This document shows positions 11,326 to 20,300 of a stretch of 64,000 nt of DNA, in pieces (within the stretch, counting starts at the first letter, position 1; every line of letters begins with the position of its first letter). The stretch spans positions 1,088,001 to 1,152,000 of the forward strand of contig CAVOYH010000003.1 in NCBI GenBank assembly GCA_963700635.1, read 5' to 3'. The notes below the pieces were generated by a model. The model made no database searches. It was not told the origin of the DNA and was given only the letters and a program-made list of their open reading frames with translations. The DNA comes from an uncultured Bacteroidota bacterium (GTDB taxonomy: Bacteria; Bacteroidota; Ignavibacteria; UBA10030; UBA6906). The position numbers and the translations under genes are program-made.

Positions 11326-11835
11326 GTTACCTTAAGCTGTCATTCTCCATCGGTCGTTCATGGAGCCTACCTGAGGTGGTTGAAAACCCAGGGCAAAACA
11401 AATACGTCAGAGAAATACAGGCTGGCCGTCCAAAAGGAAGAGAATGGATGGCTTGGGAACGTGAAGGAGTTGTATGATGAGAGAGCACCGGGGTTAACGT
11501 GCCTGGCCGCCCTCCAGGACAGCCGTATGGGGTCCATGGAGAAACCACTGAATGACAGCAAGGGTTGCGGTGGCGTCATGCGGATGGCCCCGGTCGGCCT
11601 CGTTGTCGAGTCCCCACCAATGGCTTTCAAGATGGGGTGTGAATTCGCGGCCCTGACACACGGTCATCCGACCGGCTATCTCGCTGCCGGATGTTTCGCT
11701 GCACTCATCTGCAGTCTGCGGGAGAGGAGGACTTTGAAAGTCGCCCTCGATAACTCCATCTCATTGTTGATGAAGATGAACAACAGCCGGGAGTGTGTAA
11801 GATTACTGACATTGGCGCAGGATCTCTCCAGGAAG
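11326..11835 (+). pseudogene. ADP-ribosylglycohydrolase family internal fragment
   Basis: 'AYLRWLKTQG', 'RAPGLTCLAAL', 'NDSKGCGGVMRMAPVGL', 'AALTHGHPTGYLAAG'; both termini missing. Confidence 0.85.
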
Positions 11836-12500
11836 GCCGCCCGCAGGATGGAATGGCTGCCATGACAGCTGACGCACTGGGCGGCCTTCGAATCTCCTTT
11901 CGCGTTGCGTGCACCATGAACGCTCGTGCGGTATTTGTCGAGCTGGTCTACCGCAAGCGACGGGTTAAAGGTGCGCATGAATGACGCACTCGCGTGGCAG
12001 TTGCTGCATGTCCTCACAACGTTCAGAGAAGAAACGGGGGACAACGGGCTCTTCGCACGGACAATGCCGTGGGCGTTGTGGCAGGTCACACACTGCACAG
12101 CGTGCTCCGCGCCGGCTCCCGATAACTTTCCGTGGACGCTGACCTGCAGCGCTTCCCATTGCTCAAGGGGGAGGGAGGAACCGAAACTCTTCATGCGGCC
12201 GGCATCTGAATGGCAGCGGGCGCACATCTTCGAAATCTCATCCCCCTTTGGAACGCCCACGTATCCTGCCGACTTGTCCATGGCTTCTTCCATGTCATAG
12301 TTCGTGGGATCTCCTCCATGGCATCCCGAGCAGGCAATGTTTTTTGCGAAGTGCACATCCTGCCTGAAGAGAGACGGAATTGTTCCTCCGAGCGCTTGGT
12401 GGCATGCCAGACATTTGTCGTCGGCCGTGGCGGCGCTCGAGGTGCACCATGAGAGAATCAGTACAATGAGTATAGGGCGGATCAGCCGGTCTGCGTTCAT
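11836..12500 (-). pseudogene. Multiheme cytochrome c (at least 6 CxxCH), C-terminally truncated
   Basis: Signal peptide; CLACH, CSGCH, CARCH, CVTCH, CSNCH, CVSCH; ATGA-coupled to the cytochrome b stop. Confidence 0.88.
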
Positions 12501-13565
12501 AATACCCATCCAAGGATCGTGAACACGAGTATGTAGATCACCACGCCGAGACCAATATAGTTGATCGACCTACGTGGTTCACCCACAAGTGTGTCTGCCG
12601 GGACACGGCACAAACGTCCAGAGAATTCCGGCGATACCAAACAACAACACGCCGAGTATCTCACCTTCCAGAAACAGGACGTGTGCGGGAAAGTACTTCA
12701 GGGTCTGGAACATGAAGAGGAAGTACCATTCCGGACGGATCCCGGCGGGTGCCGGCGCGAATGCATCCGCCTTTGTTCCCAGCTCCGAAGGGAAGAAGAC
12801 TGCAAGGATGGCGAGGACATTCAGCACGATGAGCCAGAGCAGAAGATCACGCAGGAGGAAATTCGGGAAGAAGGGCATGACCTTCTTGTCGGTCGATGAT
12901 GCGTGACTAGCATGGCTGGTTTTTACCCTGTCCCTGCACCAGGATCAGGTGGATAGCCAGGAAGAGGGTAAATAACCCCGGGAAGACCGCGACATGGAAT
13001 CCGAAGAAACGGGAAAGCGTGGCGCCCGTGACATCCTCTCCGCCACGGAGAAAGATCATAAGCGGTTTTCCGATCACGGGAAGAACTCCGGCAATATCTG
13101 TCCCTACCTTTGTTGCAAAAAAGGCGAGTTCATTCCAGGGGAGGAGATATCCGCTGAAGCCGAGTCCCATTCCGAGAAAGAGCAAGATCATGCCCGTCAG
13201 CCATGTGAGTTCGCGCGGCTTGCGGTATGCCTTTTCGAAGAAAACGCTGAACATATGAATAAAGGCTGCCAGAATAAAAGATTCGCCTCCAAGTGTGGAT
13301 CGAGCGGATCAGCCAACCGAATTGGACCTTCGACATGATGAATTGAATACTTTCCCAGGCCAATTGCTCGCTCCCCTTATAGTACAGGAGCAGAAGAATC
13401 CCGGTGATAACCTGGACAATAAAAAGGAAGAGACACCCCGCCAAAGTAGTACCACACGGATCCGCGGTGGACGGGAACGTATTTCTTCCCCATAAACTCG
13501 ATGATCTCCGCCAGAGGGACTCTCTCGGCGAACCCTGCATACAGCCGTTTCATCATGTTCTTCAT
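12497..13565 (-). pseudogene. petB: Cytochrome b of a Rieske/cytochrome b complex (multiple frameshifts)
   Basis: 'WYYFGG', '[12 protein letters not shown]', 'GWLIRSIH', '[12 protein letters not shown]', 'GYLLPW', 'TLSRFFGFH', 'PFFPN', 'IRPEWYFL'. Confidence 0.9.
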
Positions 13566-14019
13566 GTAGTTTTCGTTATGTGGATCTCATCACCCTGTAG
13601 GACTACACGGTACTCTTCCAGAGGTCGGGGTGGAGGGCCCGCGACGTTTCGGCCGCTGAGGTCATATTTGCCGTTATGGCATGCGCACCAGATCATCCCG
13701 ATGTCACTCTTATATTGAACCGTACAATCAAGATGTGTGCAGATCGCAGAGAAAGCCCGAAACTGGTCGGTTGGGCTCCGCACAAGGAGAACGGGTTTGT
13801 TTCCGAAACGCACGATCATGCCGCTATCTCTGGGAATGTCTGCCAGCGTGTGCCGGCCTTTACACTTGTGACCACCGCTTCGGGTTGCCGCGGCGGATTG
13901 AGGAAGGAAAAGATCGGATAGAGCAATGCGCCTGCCCAGGCGACAAGTCCGCCTCCCAGTACATACTTCAAAAAATCCCTGCTTGGTGCTCACCGTTGTG
14001 GTCGATTCGCCTCCTGCAT
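13562..14019 (-). CDS. Rieske [2Fe-2S] protein (N-terminal TM anchor frameshifted)
   Basis: 'CTHLDC' and 'CACHNGKY', 'GPPPRPL'. Confidence 0.9.
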
Positions 14020-14045
14020 TCAAGAGCGTACCCTTCCGTAATAGA

Positions 14046-15704
14046 TCAACTGTGCGGTTCTTGGCGCCCTTCCGGGGGTGTGCCCCGGGCCTTTTTCTTT
14101 GCGTACCGTAACGAGATCAGGAATAACACAGTGCCGAGGACAAGGAACGACAGGATGCGGTATGTCGGTTCAAGACTCACACTGTCCACGAACAACACAT
14201 TCCCGATGGTCAGCAGCAACGTGAGGAATGCCATCCAGCGGTATTTTCGGCTTTTCACCAGAATGCTCATGGCATAGTAGAACAGCGCCACGACGACCCA
14301 GGATATGCTCAGGTATCCCGCGGGCATTGCGTGGTAAAGCGCAAAGGGAAAGATGAAGAATGCGCAGGCAAGGTATGCATTCCGCATCATCTCGGTCTTC
14401 AACGCCAGGCGCTTTTTCTGCCAGTTGAGAATCCGGGCGCTTGAGAGTGCGACGATACCAAAACTCAGACTTACAAAATGTACGGTGTCGACGAGGATGG
14501 CGTACGAAGCGAAGAGAATCAGATAGATGATGAAATTGGCAATTACGATAAACTGCGACCGGAACCAGACTGCCGTGGAAACCACAAGCAGACTCTGCCA
14601 GGCAAGCCAGACGAAGTAGTCGGGTCGATCGAACCGGGCGATCATCGCAACGCTCATTGACATGTATCCCAGCATTGCGTAAAAGAATGTTGAATACATG
14701 CTCTCTTCTTTTTTCCAGAAGGCAATGGCAAGAGACAGGAAGAGGACTGAAGCAATGGCCTGATACAATGCAAGTGCGTCGCCACTGCGTACGGCTGTAT
14801 GCAGGAGGAACAGCCCGCCAGCGCCAAGGGTATTCACAAAACTGTTGGCGATGACCATTCCGTCTTCCTCTGCAGGGTGCTTGCGCAGGAAAATGGCGGC
14901 CGCATAGATCACGGCGTACAGCAGAAGAGGGAGCGTGTTCCACGGTAAGAAGGGGACAAGCGTGACGACGTTCCCAAGGACAGGGTCATTCAGCACCCAG
15001 AGCAGATGGGCCAGGTAGGTGAGTGCGGTGCCGAAGAAAAGCAGCGTTGGCCACTCTCGCCAGCGCGCGATGCCAACTGTCACAAGCGCCAGCATGATGG
15101 TTGCCGGAACCACAAACCAGAAATCTCCGCTGATCAACACCGTGATATAGCCGGTCAACAAACCGATCCCGACCAGAAATTGTGATCGCCTGCGAAGGGC
15201 CGTGACCATGGTGAACACGACAACAAGCGACAACACGACGAGCTCAACGGTCTTGTCGGTAATCGGAGGGTCAGGGCTGAAAAAATAGAGGCGTAATGTC
15301 GTAAAGTACAACAACACCAGGGCTCCTCCCAGCACATACCTTGATATGTCGGGTAAGGCGTTGCGCCACCGACTGGAAAGTGCCAGAGCGCCCCCCACGA
15401 GCAGGTATCCGAACAAAGCCGGCAATACGGGTGGGAGGCCGCGGTACGGAAATGTCAGAAGAAAGGCGACACCGATTGAGAGGACCATGATACCCACCCT
15501 GGGGAACCATGTCTCACCAATCCGGTTTTCCAGATCCTCCTGTCGGTGTTCCGCGTCCTGAGTGGCAGGTGCGGGCGGGGATGGTTCAGGCTGGTTCTCC
15601 ACACCGATCTTTAGCCGGGCCTCGATACCGGAGATGCGGCGTTCAAGATGGGCCAGACGTTCAACGATTTCAGTAACTGCTGTTCCTTCTGAGGTCGCGG
15701 GCAT
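14046..15704 (-). CDS. DUF2339-like polytopic membrane protein
   Basis: N-terminal coiled coil, '[14 protein letters not shown]', many TM segments, C-terminal 'RILSFLVLG...SLRY'. Confidence 0.8.
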   Translation of the reverse strand: MPATSEGTAVTEIVERLAHLERRISGIEARLKIGVENQPEPSPPAPATQDAEHRQEDLENRIGETWFPRVGIMVLSIGVAFLLTFPYRGLPPVLPALFGYLLVGGALALSSRWRNALPDISRYVLGGALVLLYFTTLRLYFFSPDPPITDKTVELVVLSLVVVFTMVTALRRRSQFLVGIGLLTGYITVLISGDFWFVVPATIMLALVTVGIARWREWPTLLFFGTALTYLAHLLWVLNDPVLGNVVTLVPFLPWNTLPLLLYAVIYAAAIFLRKHPAEEDGMVIANSFVNTLGAGGLFLLHTAVRSGDALALYQAIASVLFLSLAIAFWKKEESMYSTFFYAMLGYMSMSVAMIARFDRPDYFVWLAWQSLLVVSTAVWFRSQFIVIANFIIYLILFASYAILVDTVHFVSLSFGIVALSSARILNWQKKRLALKTEMMRNAYLACAFFIFPFALYHAMPAGYLSISWVVVALFYYAMSILVKSRKYRWMAFLTLLLTIGNVLFVDSVSLEPTYRILSFLVLGTVLFLISLRYAKKKARGTPPEGRQEPHS

Positions 15705-15822
15705 CGGTTACCTCTGAAAGCATGGGGGGGAAGGGGAAATCTTGTGCAAGCAGACCGATTGAATAAATCTAATGAGGATAGCGGCCAAACGCAACTGTTG
15801 AAATGCTCTACACGTAACTACC

Positions 15823-16197
15823 CTAGTTGTCCTTCGCCCCCTGGTTGATCCACTCTGCAATCAACGCGAGCTCGGTCTTCGGGAGCAAGGTCAGATCGGC
15901 CGAGTCCGGAGGCATGCGGTAGTGTTCCTGATCCGTGGCGCAGAGAATATAGAGCCAGCTCTTTACATAGTCTCCCGGTATCACCAGAGGTTTCTTCCCG
16001 GGGAGGATGCGTGAACCCATCAGGGTTTCGTATGAAGTGAGCATGATTGTGCCTTCGGCCTTCTCGGTTCCGTGGCAGGAGAGACACCGTGCGTTCAGAA
16101 TCGGTTGAATCTGATCACGATAGCTGACGGGATCCGGCTCTTTCGTGCCGCAGCCGGTGAGAAGGGAGGCGAGGAACATCATCAGAAAAAGTCGCAT
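15823..16197 (-). CDS. Monoheme cytochrome c lipoprotein (planctomycete cytochrome c-like domain)
   Basis: Lipobox 'LTGC'; 'YRDQIQPILNARCLSCH', 'VIPGD', 'RMPP', 'WINQGA'. Confidence 0.85.
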   Translation of the reverse strand: MRLFLMMFLASLLTGCGTKEPDPVSYRDQIQPILNARCLSCHGTEKAEGTIMLTSYETLMGSRILPGKKPLVIPGDYVKSWLYILCATDQEHYRMPPDSADLTLLPKTELALIAEWINQGAKDN

Positions 16198-16476
16198 GGT
16201 CAACCTCCATGGTTGAAGGGACAACAGACGACCGCAATGGGGAGATGATACTATGATGAAGATACTCCCGCGTCCATCAAATGTCAACTGCCTGCCATCA
16301 CAGAGCCCTGCCCACACGACGCGGTCGCATATGCCGTCTCGGTGCCTGAAATTTTGTCCGTGGACGTCATGGCCGTATCTTCACAGTCCACCGGGGGCCT
16401 ACCTCCTGCGGAACCTTTTGACGGTATTTGGGTTTTTAGTATACTATCTACCATCACATCTCAGAAGGAGAGCATA

Positions 16477-17373
16477 ATGAAAGCAGCGGTCTGCGTTCTG
16501 TGTCTGATGATAATCTCGGGGTTTGTGACGGCCGAGCTGTCGGCACAGGGTTCATCTGTGAAGGATTCTACCGGATTGCCGGGGGACAATTTCAGCCTGC
16601 AGGGGGCCCTGGAGATGTTCAAGAAATCCGGATCCCCGGAGGAGTTCGAAAAACTCCTCAACACCCGGGATAATCATGTGAACAACCTGGATCTGAACGG
16701 CGACGGGGATGTGGATTATGTTCGGGTGGTTGGAAAAATGGACAACGATGTGCATGTTTTTGTCCTTCAGGTGCCGGTTTCCGGGGATGAATCACAGGAC
16801 ATTGCCGCCATCGAGCTTGAGAAGGGTGGCGAGGCGCACGCAGTTCTGCAGATTGTTGGCGACGAGGACATCTATGGCGAACAGACCATCGTCGAACCGG
16901 ACGGTGGAGAGGATGAGGAAGAGGACACCGTTTCTCCCATGGAGGGAAAGGGACCGTATGCCCCGGCACCGGGTTTCGAACGAATGTCTGCGGCCAGAAT
17001 TGTGGTGAATGTGTGGCCCTGGCCTATCGTCCGGTTTGTGTACGCACCCGGTTACACGGCGTGGGTCTCCCCGTGGCGGTGGCGCGTGTATCCGACCTGG
17101 TGGCGCCCCTGGCGTCCGCTGGCCTGGCGTGTCTTCCATCCCTTCAGGGTTCGCCACCATGCAGGTTTTGCGGTCGTCCATACCCACCGGGTAGCCCGCG
17201 CACACCGGGTGTACGCACCGGCACGCGTCACATCAGTAACCGTACGCACCCGGCATCAGAATTCGGTGAATCGATACCGGGTGACAAGGACCACGACCGT
17301 AAAAACGAAAACAGGGGCGACCAAGGTGAAGACCACGCGCACGCGTACGAATGTTGGGAAAAAAAGGCGGTAG
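16477..17373 (+). CDS. Secreted hypothetical protein with acidic N-domain and basic, low-complexity C-terminus
   Basis: RBS AAGGAG; signal peptide; 'NNLDLNGDGDVDY'; W/P/R-rich then R/T/V/K-rich tail. Confidence 0.8.
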   Translation: MKAAVCVLCLMIISGFVTAELSAQGSSVKDSTGLPGDNFSLQGALEMFKKSGSPEEFEKLLNTRDNHVNNLDLNGDGDVDYVRVVGKMDNDVHVFVLQVPVSGDESQDIAAIELEKGGEAHAVLQIVGDEDIYGEQTIVEPDGGEDEEEDTVSPMEGKGPYAPAPGFERMSAARIVVNVWPWPIVRFVYAPGYTAWVSPWRWRVYPTWWRPWRPLAWRVFHPFRVRHHAGFAVVHTHRVARAHRVYAPARVTSVTVRTRHQNSVNRYRVTRTTTVKTKTGATKVKTTRTRTNVGKKRR

Positions 17374-17403
17374 CCTCTGCAACGTTTCCGGTTCTACCGG
17401 TTC

Positions 17404-17447
17404 AGGGCCTGCGTATCACAGATTGCGCAGGCCCTTTCGCGTTTTCT
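17404..17447 (+). terminator. Intrinsic terminator
   Basis: Stem AGGGCCTGCG/CGCAGGCCCT followed by a T-rich tract. Confidence 0.7.
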
Positions 17448-17511
17448 ACGCGTATTCCCTTAGGTGCAGGTCCCCCGATTCCCGCCCGCAAAAGCCTATG
17501 CTCGATTTGTC

Positions 17512-17550
17512 TTGACAATTTCATATAGGTATATATATTGATATATAAAT
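17512..17550 (+). promoter_or_regulatory. Sigma70-type promoter and AT-rich operator region of the ArsR/SdpR-like gene
   Basis: TTGACA (17512-17517), 16 nt, TATATT (17534-17539); AT-rich quasi-palindromic 'atatatattgatatat'. Confidence 0.6.
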
Positions 17551-17873
17551 AGGAACAAGATCTTTAAAGCTCTGGGCGATCCAACCCGCCTCGAAATCGT
17601 AAGGTTGCTGCGTAACAGGAGCCGGACTCCCTCCGAGCTCCTTGAACACTTGCACATCGCGCAACCGAACCTGTCGCACCATCTGGATATTCTGAAACGG
17701 GCGGACGATGCTGGAGCGAGAAGTCAGAGAGGCCGTCATCCAGGGGTAGTATGAAGGGCCGAACAGAAAGAAGAGCAAAGGAAACCATCGACTAAATGCA
17801 CATGTCAATGTCCAGTCCTGGACATGGCGCTGGAGTACTTGGTGAAGATCAAAGAAAAGGAGTTGAGACAATG
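17551..17873 (+). pseudogene. ArsR/SdpR-family repressor (start codon reads AGG; C-terminal half disrupted)
   Basis: Manual translation: 'NKIFKALGDPTRLEIVRLLRNRSRTPSELLEHLHIAQPNLSHHLDILKRAD' and a C-terminal 'VLDMALEYLVKIKEKELRQ*' adjoining the next ATG. Absent from the ORF track. Confidence 0.8.
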
Positions 17874-18871
17874 ACCTGGAATTTCAGGCGTGAGATCGTC
17901 CCGATGGAATGGTGCTCGTCAGGCCATCCTGGCATTTGGTATTCGGCCCGGGGTTGCCGGATGCGTGTGCCTTCGCTTTTGATCTGGACGGGAGACCTGA
18001 CGATACCATGTCGCGCACGGCCTTTCGGATCGTGATCCCAGGCGTCGTCAGTGTTTCCGAATAGCGGGGGCGGGGTGCGCTACCTTTCATCCGACCGTTC
18101 TGGAAGAAGATCCAACACGCGATCACATCCTTTTGCTCCTGCGGATTTTGTTGTGGGCTTTCTTGTCATGCTGTTTGCAACCAGCATCATCGCTGCAAAA
18201 GAAGGCAAGCGTCTCTCTCGTGGCGATGGGAGTCGGATTGGGCATTCTTCGATCGGGTCAACACTATCTGCCGAAAACTCCGCGCATGGGACCGCGTGTG
18301 CTTTCGCATCCGTCGCTACCTGGAGGCGGGTACTTCCAAGGGGGGTGGTGATCGAACGCTACGACGGAACGCTGCAGGGCGGCCTTCTGTCGGCGTTGTT
18401 TGCCAACGTGCTGCTCGATGAAGTAGATAGGGAGTTGGAGAAGCGCGGACACCGCTTCGTCCGGTATGCGGATGATTGCAACGTATACATGCAATCGCGC
18501 CGTGCGGGCGAGCGGGTCATGCGTCTGCTCCGAAAGCTCTATACGCAGGGCTAAAACTCCGCGTCAACGAGTCGAAAAGCGCGATCGATCTGGCGCGACG
18601 CCGCAAGCTCCTGGGGTACTCGTTCTGGGTGACCTCTGGACAAGTGGTAAAGCGCCGGGTGAGCAAAAAGGCAGTACAGGCGATGCAAGACCGGGTACGG
18701 GAGATCCCAGCGCAACCGGGGCCGGAGGGTGGTCCGCTCCACATCGTGGTTGCCCTCACCCTGGGGCCAACGGTGATCATAACGGGGTTCCTGTATCCTT
18801 TCCTTCTTTATCGGAAAATACAGGCCCGGGAACAGGAAAACGGCGTTGTACCATCTGAGAATAACTCGTAA
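17871..18871 (+). pseudogene. SdpI/DUF1648-like immunity membrane protein, frameshifted and interrupted by the RT fragment
   Basis: 'MTWNFRREIVP', 'FDLDGRPD', 'GVGLGIL...YLPK', C-terminal TM 'GPTVIITGFLYPFLLYRK'; downstream of the ArsR gene. Confidence 0.6.
18289..18706 (+). mobile_element. Group II intron reverse transcriptase internal fragment (~RT4-RT7)
   Basis: 'IRRYLEAG', 'GTLQGGLLSALFANVLLDEVDRELEKRGHRFVRYADDCNVY', 'LKLRVNESKS', 'LGYSF'. Confidence 0.9.
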
Positions 18872-18884
18872 GAGGAGACCGACC

Positions 18885-20300
18885 ATGAATCGGATTGTAA
18901 AACTTTCCGCGTGCATGCCCCTGCTGGCACTGGTTCTCGTGTGCACGGTGCAGGGGTATGCCCAACCGCCTGTTGCCGGGCGATGGGAGGGAGCGATTAA
19001 TCTGCCCGGGATGGACCTTGGTATCAACGTGAACTTTATGCCGGCAGGAGATTCACTCCGGGGTACAATTGACATTCCAATGCAGATGGCAAAAGGGCTG
19101 ACGCTTCATGATATCAAAACCGGCGGCGATACGGTCCGGTTTTCACTGCAGGCGGGTCCGGGGATTGCCCGCTTTGAGGGTGTCCACACAGGTGATTCCA
19201 TCTCAGGAACCTTCGCTCAGGCAACCGTGCGTTGTCCGTTTATGCTCCGGCGCGCAAAAGTTTTGCCTCAGCCTGTACCCCCACCATACAGACAGGAGGA
19301 GGTGCGTGTCACTGCGGACAGCGTGGTGCTCGAGGGAACGCTGACCATCCCGCCGTCACCCGGTCCGCATCCGGCCGCGATTCTGCTCACGGGCAGTGGT
19401 CCACAGAACCGTGACGAAGAAATCTTTGGGTTCCCCATCTTTGCCCAGCTTGCCGATCACCTTACCCGAAACGGATTTGCCGTGCTCCGGTGTGATGACC
19501 GGGGAGTCGGAGGGTCCACCGGCAGCTATGCCGCTGCCACGACGCAGGATTTTGCGGCGGACGCACTTGCCCAGTGGAGTTTTTTGCGCGAACGCAGGGA
19601 CATCCAGATATCGCAGGTCGGGTTCATTGGGCACAGTGAAGGCGCGCTCGCAGCCGCGATTGCCTGCCGCCTGCAGCCGGCCGTTGCATTCGCGGTGTTG
19701 CTTGCAGGGCCATCCGTGCGGGGTGACAGCCTTATCCTCGGCCAGGTCGAGCGTCTGGTGCGCTCTTCCGGTGCAACCGAAGCAGAAGTGCAGCGGGCGC
19801 TCCATTCGCAGGAACGGGTCTTTGAGACCGTCCGGGCTGACACCGGCTGGTCATCTCTTCGTGTAATGCTTATCGCGGAACTACAACGGGGCGTTGAGCG
19901 CGCTACACCCGAACAACGCAAAGCGTTCGGCAATATCGATTCAATGGCATCGGCACGTGTGGATATACAGATGTCCGCGCTCAGGCTGCCCTGGTTCCGG
20001 CGGTTTATCCTCTACGACCCGGCAGAAGACCTGAAGAGCATCACCTGTCCCGTTCTTGCGCTGTATGGTTCCCTGGACATGCAGGTTCCACCTGCGCAGA
20101 ATTACGCGGTCATGGAAACCATCTTCAGAGAATCGGGGAACAGGGAGGCGATCTGCAAAGTTATACCCGGCGCCAACCATCTCTTTCAGGCCGCGAAAAC
20201 GGGAAGCCCGATGGAGTACGGGCAGTTGGAGAAGGAATTTGCGCCCGGGGTCCTGGAGACTCTCTCCGGCTGGATGGCCGGTGTACGAGGGCGGCGTTAG
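18885..20300 (+). CDS. Secreted alpha/beta hydrolase with N-terminal beta domain
   Basis: Signal peptide; 'GSGPQNRDE', 'DDRGVGGS', nucleophile 'GHSEG', 'DMQVPP', 'ANHLFQ'. Confidence 0.88.
   Translation: MNRIVKLSACMPLLALVLVCTVQGYAQPPVAGRWEGAINLPGMDLGINVNFMPAGDSLRGTIDIPMQMAKGLTLHDIKTGGDTVRFSLQAGPGIARFEGVHTGDSISGTFAQATVRCPFMLRRAKVLPQPVPPPYRQEEVRVTADSVVLEGTLTIPPSPGPHPAAILLTGSGPQNRDEEIFGFPIFAQLADHLTRNGFAVLRCDDRGVGGSTGSYAAATTQDFAADALAQWSFLRERRDIQISQVGFIGHSEGALAAAIACRLQPAVAFAVLLAGPSVRGDSLILGQVERLVRSSGATEAEVQRALHSQERVFETVRADTGWSSLRVMLIAELQRGVERATPEQRKAFGNIDSMASARVDIQMSALRLPWFRRFILYDPAEDLKSITCPVLALYGSLDMQVPPAQNYAVMETIFRESGNREAICKVIPGANHLFQAAKTGSPMEYGQLEKEFAPGVLETLSGWMAGVRGRR

Noticed and set aside
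11676-11835. C-terminal tail of the multiheme cytochrome ORF
   Set aside because: It is just the antisense reading of the ADP-ribosylglycohydrolase fragment after the junction.
18289-18706. RT as part of a DGR, retron or RT-based defence system
   Set aside because: The motifs (QGG..S, RFVRYADDCN, LGYSF) are group II intron-like and the ORF is only a fragment. No template/variable repeat pair, msr-msd or effector gene is visible.
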